Shown piece by piece: positions 13,701 through 25,147 of a DNA stretch of 64,000 nt. Positions within the stretch are counted from its first letter, which is position 1. The number at the start of each line of letters is the position of its first letter. Under the pieces are notes generated by a model, which saw only the letters and a program-made list of their open reading frames with translations, was not told the DNA's origin and made no database searches. The position numbers and the translations under genes are program-made. The stretch comes from Lama glama (Eukaryota). The stretch is from positions 22,074,001 to 22,138,000 of the forward strand of contig CM052816.1 of assembly GCA_028534125.1 (NCBI GenBank). Direction: 5' to 3'.

Positions 13701-16700
13701 CTATGGATTATGTTTTCCATCTGTTAATTGTTTTTTGAAGAGCTGAAGAACTTAATTTGATGAAGTTCAGTTTATCAGGTTTTTTTCCTTTAATGAACTG
13801 TTTTTCTTGTATATAAGAAATATTTGATTAGCACAAGATCACAAAATTATTTTCTGTAATTTCTTCTGGAAGCTCTATAGTTTTAGATTTTACTATGATA
13901 TATTTAGGTCTGTGATCTATTTTGAGTTTTTTTTTACATGGTATGTGATATGGGTCTAATTTCAGCTTTTTACTTATCGGTATTCAATATTCCAATAGCA
14001 TTTGTTGACAAAACTATCCTTTGTCTATCCTTTGCATATTTGTTCAAATTTAATTGGTATATTTTTCTACCTGGTGCCCTTACAACATTATCCTGATGAC
14101 TGTAGCTTTATAATAAATCACAAAATAAGGTAGTATGGGTCTTCCAACTTTGCCAAATTGTTATTATAGATTCTTTATAATTCCTTATGAATTTTGGAGT
14201 CAGTTTGTTAATTAGGTAAAAAAAAAAAAAGCCTAGGATTTTGACTGGGAAAACACTGAATCTATAGACCAGTTTGGGAGGTACTGACATTTTAACAGTT
14301 GACTCTTTTGAACCATAAACAAAGTGATCATTCTTAATTTAAGTCTTCTTAAATTTCTCACAGCAGTATTTTGTTTTTAGTGTTCAAGTGTTGTATATGT
14401 TAATCTTACATTTTGCATTCTTACTAAATTCATGTATTAGTTCCAGTAGCTGTTTTATAGATTCTTAAGATGTTCTAAATGATCTTGTCATCTGCGAATA
14501 GATAATTTTACTTCTTTTTTTTCCTAATGTGAATGCTCCCCCCGTTTTTTTGCCTTATTGTGCTGGGAAGAAACTACAGTATAGTGTTGAAGAGATGAAG
14601 TAAGAGTAGACTTCTTTTACTTGTTTTCATTCCAAAAGGGGAGTTGGTGATTGGAAGGTGGAAGCATTCAGTTTTTCACCAAGTGTAATTATAACTCTAA
14701 ATTTCTCCTTTCTTGGACCCTCATCACCAGGCAACCACTGTTGTGCTTTCTGACATATAGATCAGTTTACATTTCCTACTGTTTTATCAAATGGAATCAT
14801 GTACAGCTTTTTATGTCTAAGATTTTTCACTTAGCATAATGTTTTGGAGATTCTCTGATGTTGCTGTGTGTAGCAGTGGCTCATTTTGTAAATTTGCTCA
14901 CTAGCATTGCATTATTTGAATATTCCATGCTGTATTTATCCATTCATCTGTTGAAAGACATTAAGGTTGTTTCTAATTTTTGACTATTACAAAAAAGCTC
15001 CTATGAACAATTACGTAGAAATATTTGTATGTGTTTTTGTTTCTCCTAAGTGGATACCTTCGAGTACAGTGGCTGAGTTGTGTGATGTGTTTAACTTAAA
15101 AAAAAAAATGCCAGAATGTTTTGTTGAGTGGTTTTACCATTTACATACATTCCCACCTCCAGTTAATGAGAATTCTATTTGTTCAACATCCTCTTCAACA
15201 CTTGATATGATTCCTCTTTTAATTTTAGCTATTCTGGTATCCTTGTAATGAGATCTCACTGTGGTATTTTCATTTCCATGATAACTAATCATATTTAACA
15301 TTTTTGCTTGTAGTTGATGACCACTCATGTGCCTTTTGTGGAAAGCTGATTCAATTCTTTTGAGGTTATCTATTTATTTTTGAATTGTATTAGTTATATA
15401 TCTTTGTGAGATGTATGTATTATAGATATTTTTCTCAGACTGTGTCTTGCCTTTTTATTTTTTGTGGTGACTACTTTAAATGTGAAGTCCAAAGGAGACT
15501 TTTTTCCAACTGATCTTTACCTACTCCAAGTTTGTAAAGATTTTCTTTTGTGTATTCTTAGACAATTTTCTTAAAATAGCTTTATTGGTGTATAATTTAC
15601 ATACCATAAAATTGACCCATCTCACGCTTACAGTACAGTAATATATAGTAAACGAATACATTGGCACGTCACAGTTTTAGAAGACTTACATTACCTGAAA
15701 AAGTTTCTCATGCCTTTTACAGTTAATACGATAGATAATATCTACCTTCTGCAAATATTTTAGATAAGTCTTCTGTTTTGATTTCTTTCACTTAACATAA
15801 TGTTTTTGAGATTCATCCCAGTTTTTGCACATATCACTCATAGCACATTCTTTTTTAAAAATTGTTAAGTTGTATTTCATTCTATGAAGATTTCACATTT
15901 TTTTCTAGCCATTCATGAGAAGGTGAAAAGTTTGAAAATTTTTATTGTTTTAGTTTAGGGGTTTTTGTGAATAACGCCGCTATCAAGGATTCACACATAT
16001 CTTCATATAGTCTGTGCACTTAAATTTCTTTTGTAGATGTCCATTAGTGAAATTGCCGTGTTGTATGTTTAATTTTTGAGGAAAGGCCAAATTGTTTAAA
16101 AGATGACTATTGTTTTACATTCTCACCAGCAACATGGATCTAGTTTCTCCACATCCTCTCTATCACTTGGTATTGGTAGTGTTTTTTGATTATAACCACT
16201 GTAGTATGTGTTTATAGTTATCTCAGTGTAATTTTAATTTGGATTTCAGTAGTGACTAGTACTGTTGAGAATTTCTTCATATGCTTATTAGGCATTCCTG
16301 TGCCTTCTATGTTGAGATGTATGTTCAGAGCTTTTCACTATTTTTCATTTATATTTGTCTTATCAAGTTGTGAGAATTTATATGTTTTGGATACAAATTT
16401 TTATGAGATATGTGATTTTCAATTGTGTTCTATCAAGTTGTAAGAACTTATGTTTTGGACACAAGTTCTTTATCAGATATATGATTTGCATATAAATTTT
16501 ATTTTTTCGGTGGCTTATCTTTTTCTTTTCTTCATAGTATCTTTGCATAACCTAACCTAACAATTACCTTCTCTTTGGATTTTTTTCTAGATCATTTTCA
16601 GATTTAGCTATTAAATTTTTGCCTATTTCCATTATGAGTTAATTTTTAGTTTTGTTTTTGTTACTTTTTATTTTTTGCTTAAGGATAGCCAGGTGACCCA

Positions 16701-17030
16701 GTGTCATATGATGAAAAGGCATTGAAATGCGTTGTTACTTTTGTTGAAAGTCAGTTGATTGTATGATGTTTGTCTGTTTGTTCTGAACTAATATTTATTG
16801 TTTCATGTAACTTTTTCTATCTTGGTACCAATACTACTGTCTTAATTGTTGTGACTTTATTGTAAGGTTTCAGATCAGTATTATAAGTCTCACAACTTTG
16901 TTGATTTTTAGAATTGTTTTGATTATTTTAGGTCCTTTGTTTTTCCATATATATGTGAGGATCTGTTTGTCGATTTATAAAGTCTGATGGGATTTTTAGA
17001 AGAAATGATATATCATTTATTTCAAAATAG
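10780..17030 (-). mobile_element. Cluster of nested old L1 fragments (L1MB/MC/ME-like), antisense to the gene
   Basis: Repeated L1 3'UTR and ORF2 motifs (cccaccagca, tgatggacattt, ttgcatttcc, tgattactgtagcttt); new 3' ends begin near 12680, 14700 and 15570. Confidence 0.75.
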
Positions 17031-18344
17031 ACCATATTTTTTTTACAGCAATTTTAGGTTTATAGCATGGAGCTGAAAATACAGAGATTTTTCATAAATT
17101 TTCTGCCCCTACTCTTGAATAGCTTCCACCATTACCAACTTCCCTCACCAGAGTGGTATATATGTTACAGTTGTTGAACCTGCATTGCCATATCATTATC
17201 ACACAAAGTACATAGTTTATGTTAGGGTTCACTCTTGGTGTTGTACATTCTATGTGCTTGAACAAATATATAAAGATACATATCTGCCATTAGAGTATCA
17301 TACAGAGTAGTTTTCCAACCCTGAGATTCCTCTGAATTCCACCTATTAATTCCTCCCTTCCTCCAACCCCTGGCAACCACTACCTTTTATTGTCTTCATA
17401 GTTGTGCATTTTCCAAGTGGCATATAGTTGAAATCATACAATATGTGTTGTATTCAGATTGGATTCTTTCACTTAGAAATATACTTCTAAGTTTCTTCTG
17501 TGTCTTTTCATGGCTTAACAGCTCATTTCTTTTAGCACTGAATACTAGTGTGTAATCTGAACGTATTACAGTTTATTTTATCCATTCACATTCTGAAGCA
17601 CATCTGGGTTGCTTCCAAGTTTTGGCAATTAATGAATTAAGCTGCTGTAAACATTCAAGTGCAAATTTTTCTGTGGACATGAATTTTTAACTCCTTTGGG
17701 TAAATACCATGAAACATAATTACTGAAGTATATGGCAAGAATATTTTTAGTTTTGTAAGAAATTGCCAAACTGTCTTCCAAAGTGGCTGTACCATTTTGC
17801 ACTCTTAGCAGCAGTGAATGAGAGTTCCTGTTGCTCCACATTCTTGCCAACATTTGGTGTTGTCAGTGTTATGGATTTTGGCCATACTAATATGGCCAAA
17901 TGAATGGTATCTCATTGCTTTCATTTGCATTTCCCTAATGACATATGATGTGGAGCATCTTTCCATGTGCTTACTTGCCATGTGTATATCTTCTTTGGTG
18001 GGTTTCTGTTAAGGTCTGTGGCCCATTTTTTAATCATGTTACCTGTTTTCTTACTGTTTTAAGAGTTATTTGTGTATTTTAGATAACAATCTCTTATCGA
18101 ATTACCTTTTCAGATATTTTCTCTCAGTCTGTGACTTGTCTAATTCTCTTAACTATGTCTTTTGTAGAGCGGTTCTTAATTTTGATGAAGTGCAGCTTAT
18201 CACACTTATGTTGAGCTTATCAAAGCTTATGATACTTTAATGTATCATGCCTTTGGTGTTGTAGCTAAAAATGTTGTTGCCACACCCAGAGTCTAGGTCT
18301 TCTCCTGTATTATTATCTTCTAGGGGTTTTTTTTCCTTTCTTCT

Positions 18345-18443
18345 TTCTTTCTTTTTTTTTTAATGGTGGTATTGGGAATTGAACTCAGGACCTTGTGCGT
18401 GTTAAGTATATACTCTACTGCTGAGCTATTACCCTTCCCCCAC
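18345..18443 (-). mobile_element. Vic-1-type tRNA-derived SINE (camelid)
   Basis: Reverse complement reads GGGGAAGGGTAATAGCTCAGCAGTAGAG...GGTCCTGAGTTCAATTCCCAATACCACC plus an A-rich tail, with Pol III A and B boxes. Confidence 0.8.
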
Positions 18444-19017
18444 CTTTTAGAGTTCTATAGTTTTGCATTTTACATTTAGATCTGTGGTCCATCTTGAGTT
18501 AATTTTTGTCAAGGATGTAAAGTGTCTGTCTAGGTTATTTTTTTCACATGTGGGTGTCCAGTTGTCCAACACCATTTGTTACAAAGACTAACTTTACTCC
18601 ATTGTGCTGCATTGTCAAAGATTAGGTGACTGTATTAGTGGAGGTTTATTTCTGGCCTCTCTATTCTGTTCCACTGATCTGTTTATCTATTCTTTCACCA
18701 GTACCAGAGTGTCTTGATTACTATAGCTTTGTGGTAAATCTTGAAGTCAGATAATGTTAGCCCTTTGATTTTGTTCTTTCCTTTCAATGTTATGTTTGTT
18801 ATTTATCCACAAAATAACTTGCTTAAATTTTGATTGGGATTGCATTGTTTATAAATCAAGTGAGAAGAACTGACATCTTGACAACAGTAAGTCTTCTTGC
18901 CAATGAACATGGAATATCTCTGTATTTATTTAGTTCTTCTTTGATACTTTTCATCAAAGTTTTATAATTTTCCTCATACAGATTTTGTATGGATTTTGTT
19001 AGATTTTTACCTTAAGG

Positions 19018-19236
19018 CAGTTGACCCTTGAAGAACACTGGTTTGAACTGCACAGGTCCACTTATATGTGGATATTTTTCATTAAACTGTATAGTTCTAC
19101 AGGAATTGTAGTTGGGTGGACTTCTGGGTTTGAAACTGCAGATTTGGAGGGTTGACTGTAAAATTATACTCCAATTTTTGACTGAAGAGGGTTTGGCGCC
19201 CCCTAACTAACCCCCGTGTTGTTCAAGGAGCAACTG
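19018..19236. mobile_element. Tigger2-family MITE (Tc1/mariner-pogo non-autonomous DNA transposon)
   Basis: TIRs CAGTTGACCCTTGAAGAACAC ... GTGTTGTTCAAGGAGCAACTG, followed by TA. Confidence 0.85.
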
Positions 19237-22200
19237 TATTTCATTTTTTGGAATACTGATGTAAATGACATTGTGTTTTTTGCTTAAATTCCATGTGTTC
19301 TTGCTATTGTATGGGAAAGCAGTTTTGTATATTCACCTGTAATTGCTTACTAGTTTTCAGGAGTTTTCTTCGTTAATTATTTCAAGATTTCTGCATAGAC
19401 AATCATGTCATGTACAAACAAGGATAGTTTTATGTCTTCTCAATCTGTATACCTTTTATTTACTTTTTTTTATTATATTAGGTAAGGCTTCCAGTATGAT
19501 CTTGAAAAGCCTTGGTGGAGAGTGAACATCATTCCTTAGTTCTTAATCTAGGTAGAGCATTGAGTTTCTCATCAGTAAGTGTGATATTAGCTGTTGATGT
19601 TTTATGGATAGTCTTTATCAAGTTGAGAAAGTCCCTCTCTCCCTAGTTTACTGAGTTTTTATTGTGAATAGGTGTTACATTTTGTCAGATGTTTTTCTGC
19701 ATCTGTTAATACGATTATATGATATTTCTTCTTTAGCCTGTTGATGTGATGGATTACTTTGATCGATTTTTGAATGTTGAACCAACCTTGCATATCTGAG
19801 TTAAATCCCACTTGGTCATTGTGTGTAATTATTTTTATACATCCCTACCACATCTGAGTCTGGTTCTTGTGCTTGCTCTGTCTTTTCCAGCTGTATTTTA
19901 TACCCTTTAGAATGCCTTATAACTTTTTCTTGCTAGCCAGACACGATGTCCTGGGTAAAAAGAATTGCTGTAAATAGACCTTTAGTAATACGATACTAAG
20001 GTGTTGGGGTAGAAAGTGTATTTTATAGTTCTTTAATTAGGTTTCATTCTTTTAGTGAGCCTTTGCCTTTGGGTTGTGAATTTCACATGTTTCTTAGGTT
20101 TTTTTTTCCCTCCCTGTAGGTTTGACAGGATTGCTGCTTTCTCCAAATAGGAGGCTAGAGCCAACTTGACTTAGGTATTTCCCTTTCTGCAGGTTTGTTA
20201 GGCTCTGATGGAGTAGTTTCTCCTCAGGGCAGACGTTCTTAAGAAGAATGTGGTGGCATGCTTCAGAGTGGTTCCTTTTCATTCCTGCTGCCAGAAGCAG
20301 AAGGGGCTTTGTTAGTCACTGTTAGAACCTGGTAGAGATTTCAGGAAGTAAACTCAAAAAAGAGTTGAGGTCTCTACAATGCCTGTGTCTTCCTAGAGTT
20401 TTTAACTCATAGTAGTCCATGCTGAGCTTCTAGCAGTTTGTCAGTTATGCTCCGATTTTTCCCTACCCTGGGACTAGTTTCCTCTGAGATTGCTGCTCTA
20501 AGTTTTAATTTTCTGTATTTGTTATTCTTTCCAATCTGGGGACAATGATTTGCCCTTGTTACCACACTCCTCTTATGGATCTAAGAAAAGTTACTGATTT
20601 TTCAGTTTGTTCAACTTTTTACTTATTAGAACAGAGTGGTAATTTCCAAATTTCTTGAATGCCTAATCAGAAACTGGAAGCCTAGGAATATTTGGAATCT
20701 GTAGATTAATTTGGGGAGACTTGCAGCCTTAACAGTACTGCATTTTCTGGTCCATAAACATGGATTGTTTCTACATATATTTATATCATCTTTAATTTCA
20801 CTCAGTAATATTTTGTGTTTTTATTGTATAAGTCTTAGACTTTTGTTAAATTGCTTCTGAATTTTTTTCTTTTTGATGCTTTCCTAAATGGCATTGTTTT
20901 CTTAATTTCATTTTTATTTTATTGATTGCAAGTATAGACAAATACAATTGGTTTTTATATATTGATGTTATATCCTGTGACCTTGATATACTCTTAAGTT
21001 ATAGTAGTTAAGTTGGTAGGTACTTATAGTTTTCTCCATACAGGATTAGTCATCTTTGGTAGAGACAGTTTTATTCTTCCCTTAAAATTCTGTGTGCCTT
21101 TGATTTCTTTTCTTGCCTAATTACCCTAAGTAGAATCTCTAGTACAGTATTGGTTGAAAGTGGTGAGAGTGGACAGCTTTGTCTTACTCATGATCCATAT
21201 TGTAGTCTATAGTTAAATCATTAAAAATATAACAAAAGACAGCTTTTATAAATCATCCAAGGAATTAAAATGGTACACTAAAAATATTTGTTAAACAGAA
21301 ATGATGGCAATGAAGGAGAAAAAGGAATAAAATACTTGAGACATTTACAAAATAAATAGGAAAATGGCAGACAACATTTTGCAGTCACATCAGTAATTTC
21401 ATTACATGTGCATGGTTTAGACATACCCATCAAAGACAGATGATCAGATCCATAACAATCAAAGATCCAGTTGTATGCTGTCTACAGGAGATATTTTAGC
21501 TTCACAGCACAAATACACTGAAAGTAAAGGGATATAAGGGGACATACTAGGCAAATTGTATTTATAACAGAACAGGAATGATCATATCAGTATCCATGGA
21601 AATAGACTGTAAGACAGGAAATATTACTAGAGGGATCAATACATTACAAACACAACAGTTTTACTCTATGTACATTTAAATATAGAGTTCCAAAGTACAA
21701 GAGATAAAAACTGACAATAAAAAGGATCAATAGAAATTTAACAGTTATGGCTGGAGATTTCAAAATTCTACTCTCAATAATCAGTAGAACCACTAGACTG
21801 AAAAATTGCTTAAGACTAAGCTTTAAAAGTACTGTTATATCACTAATTATCAGAGAAACACAAATGAGAACTACTATGAGGTATCACCTCACACCAGTCA
21901 GAATGGCCATCATTCAAAAGTCCATGAATGGTAAACACTGGAGCGAATGTGGAGAAAAGGGAACCCTTCTACACTGCTGGTTGGATTGTAATTTGGTGCA
22001 GCCATTATGAAAAACAGTATGGATATTCCTCAAAAACCGAAAAACACACCTACCATATGATCCAGCAATCTCACTTCTGGGTATATATCCGGAGGGAACT
22101 CTTAATTTGAAAAGATACATGCACCCCAGTGTTCATAGCAGTACTATATACAATAGCCAAGACATAGAAACAACCTAAATGTCCATTGACAGATGACTGG

Positions 22201-23470
22201 ATAAAGAAGTTGTAGTGTATTTGTACAATGGAATACTACTCGCCCATAAAAAGAATAAAATAATGCCATTTACAGCAGCATGGGTGGACCTGGAGATCAT
22301 CATTCTTTTTTTTTTTTTTAATTTTTTATTGATTTATAATAATTTTACAATGTTGTGTTAAATTCCAGTGTTCAGCACAATTTTTCAGCCATTCATGGAC
22401 ATATACACACTCATTGTCACATTTTTTTCTCTGTGAGTTATCATAACATTTTGTGTATATTTCCCTGTGCTATACAGTGTAATCTTGTTTATCTATTCTA
22501 CAATTTTGAAATCCCAGTCAATCCCTTCCCACCCTCCACCCCCCTGGTAACCACAAGTCTGTATTCTCTGTCTGTGAGTCTATTTCTGTCCTGTATTTAT
22601 GCTTTGTTTTTGTTTGTTTGTTTTTGTTTTTTAGATTCCACATATGAGCGATCTCATATGGTATTTTTCTTTCTCTTTCTGGCTTACTTCACTTAGAATG
22701 ACATTCTCCAGGAGCATCCATGTTGCTTCAAATGGCATTATGTTGTCATCTTTTATGGCTGAGTAGTATTCCATTGTATAAATATACCACATCTTCTTTA
22801 TCCAGTCACCTGTTGTTGGACACCAGTTTATTTCTTAATGTTGTTGTTTGTGTAAAAGTCAATGAGCAACAATTAAAGCTGTGATGAAAAGTCAAATAAG
22901 TACTTAAAATAGTTGTTTTAATAAAATATATTAATTTAATTAAAACTATGTAGATAATAACTGTCAGGCTTAAAACAACATGAAGCTTCATTTCTAACTC
23001 ACTAAAAAAAAATAGGATATGGGACATGGTTGTTACTTAGCAGCAGTTCTCCATTGTATATTTTACTGCACCTTGCAAATTTCAGTTGTGGATTAGCTAC
23101 TGGCTATTTTGGTAAATCAATTTTGTTTTATTGCTGTTGTAGAAGTCTTTTTTTATTTTTCTGCCTTAGTCCCTGAAAATTGCTGTAGTACTTAATATCA
23201 ATGAAACATTGACACTATATGCCTATGCAAGATGAAAAGGAAAAGTTCACTGAATTAGATTCAGTGATAAGTCTGGAATGGAAGAGACCTTACTCTCTGT
23301 ACTTAAAAAGTAAACAAATTTACAGCACAATGGTACTTAAGAATTGAGAAAATGAAATTACTCAGCGTACTAAAGATCAAAAACTTATATAGCAGTCAGA
23401 TGTCCAGGGTTTAGTTTTTCTAGTTTGAAAACTCCTTTTTGAATCTTGTTTTTGTGTCTCTCATACCCCG

Positions 23471-23970
23471 NNNNNNNNNNNNNNNNNNNNNNNNNNNNNN
23501 NNNNNNNNNNNNNNNNNNNNNNNNNNNNNNNNNNNNNNNNNNNNNNNNNNNNNNNNNNNNNNNNNNNNNNNNNNNNNNNNNNNNNNNNNNNNNNNNNNNN
23601 NNNNNNNNNNNNNNNNNNNNNNNNNNNNNNNNNNNNNNNNNNNNNNNNNNNNNNNNNNNNNNNNNNNNNNNNNNNNNNNNNNNNNNNNNNNNNNNNNNNN
23701 NNNNNNNNNNNNNNNNNNNNNNNNNNNNNNNNNNNNNNNNNNNNNNNNNNNNNNNNNNNNNNNNNNNNNNNNNNNNNNNNNNNNNNNNNNNNNNNNNNNN
23801 NNNNNNNNNNNNNNNNNNNNNNNNNNNNNNNNNNNNNNNNNNNNNNNNNNNNNNNNNNNNNNNNNNNNNNNNNNNNNNNNNNNNNNNNNNNNNNNNNNNN
23901 NNNNNNNNNNNNNNNNNNNNNNNNNNNNNNNNNNNNNNNNNNNNNNNNNNNNNNNNNNNNNNNNNNNNNN
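23471..23970. other. Assembly gap (500 N)
   Basis: Run of N; the round length suggests a nominal size. Confidence 1.
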
Positions 23971-25147
23971 AGAGGCCCTCCATTGGCACCCTCTTCTGTG
24001 CTGCTCCCAGCACCTGTCGGCAAGCAGATCGCGCCTCCTCCTAACACTGGGTCAGGTGCAGCTCTCCTCTGCTGTGGGCGGGCGGGTCACTGCCCCTCCG
24101 GATGCCGCAGTCAGATGTTGCAGACTGGCCAGGCAGGAGGGCGGGTCGTGCCCCTTCCCAGCACCTCGGTCAGGGGTTGTGTTCCTGCCCGACAGGCGGG
24201 GGGCCGCTCTCCCCCTGCCTGCGCCGCCGGTAGCTCCGCTGCTCTGTGCGGCTGCGCGCTCCGCCCTGGTTGGCGCTCCGCAGGTGGGCTCGGGGAGGAC
24301 TAAAGGACAGCCTTGTCCCTGCTCGGGCCAAAGCTCAGCTCCTTGTTTTTCTTTGTGGAGCAAGTTCTCTGAGGGACCAGGATGGAAGGATCCTATCTGC
24401 CCCGGGCTGTAGGCCAGTCTCAGTCTAGCCTTTGAGGCTCCTAAGCCCTTTGGTGCGGATGCAGGTTTCGCCCCCGCCCCCGCCTGGGTGCTAAGCACCG
24501 GAGGATATGGCGGCTTTGCCTGAGCCCCGCCTCTCTTCCCCCCGAAAAGTTTCCGCGGGTTTTCAGAGTTGGGGGTATGCACCCTTCCCCCGAGAGCACA
24601 TCAACCTTACTGTTTTATGGAGGGCCCAGATTGTTCAGCCCTGTGCACCCACAGCCACGGCGCGCAGCCCCTCGTGTTACCCCTGGGCTGCCTCCCTGCC
24701 GCTGCCCCCGTCCTCCGCCCGGCTTGTGCAGCCTGGCCCTGCCCGCTGCTGCCGGCCCGCGTCTCAGGCTGGGTGTCGGGGGGACCCTCTGTGCCCGTTT
24801 AACTTAGTTCTGTCAGTCAAGGGATGCTCCGAATAGATCCGAGCCTCGGAGGCTCCCCCTCCGTCCCGCTGGCCTCTCAGTTGGAGAGGGGAGACCTGGC
24901 GAGCGAGCGACAGTCCTCCTTTGCTGCTCTCTCCCCCGGGTCCTGCGCTGCTGTGACTTTTGTTGTTTCTTTTTTCCTTTTCTCCTACCAGATTTTGGGC
25001 GTCTTTATCTTTTGAAGAGGGCGATGTTCTGTAGGAGTTACACAGGTGCTGCGGTTGGCTGAGTGGGTCTGTGGATGTGGGTCTTGGTGTATTTGTGGGA
25101 GAGGGTGAGCTGCGAGCGCCCTTCTACTCCGCCATCTTCTCCTGTCC
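23971..25147 (-). promoter_or_regulatory. CpG-rich L1 5'UTR internal promoter with a YY1-type motif
   Basis: Most CpG-dense segment of the window; AAGATGGCGG at ~25129-25138 on the minus strand; GC-box-like CCCCGCCC motifs near 24472 and 24525. Confidence 0.75.

Larger units (their letters stand above)
17035..20680 (-). mobile_element. L1MC1/2-like element: 3'UTR, ORF2 fragments and a 5' region piece
   Basis: Characteristic 3'UTR (caccagagtggtatatatgttacagttg...tagggttcactcttggtgttgtacattctatg) followed by antisense ORF2 motifs. Confidence 0.75.
22307..25147 (-). mobile_element. Young L1 with intact 5' end: 5'UTR 25147-23971, gap, 3' end 22820-22307
   Basis: Perfect 12-bp TSD GATCATCATTCT at 22295-22306 and 25148-25159; poly(A) at 22307; 5' terminus GGACAGGAGAAGATGGCGGAGTAG. 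Confidence 0.88.

Noticed and set aside
18345..18443. tRNA gene (also 42205-42309)
   Set aside because: Degenerate stems, A-rich tails and two diverged dispersed copies indicate a tRNA-derived SINE.
23385..24303. Long ORFs of 197-285 aa
   Set aside because: Artefacts of translating through the 500-N gap.
24052..25015. Overlapping GC-rich ORFs or a host gene promoter CpG island
   Set aside because: The sequence lies within a TSD-bounded L1 5'UTR and is homologous to 30600-31560; stop-poor frames are expected at high GC.
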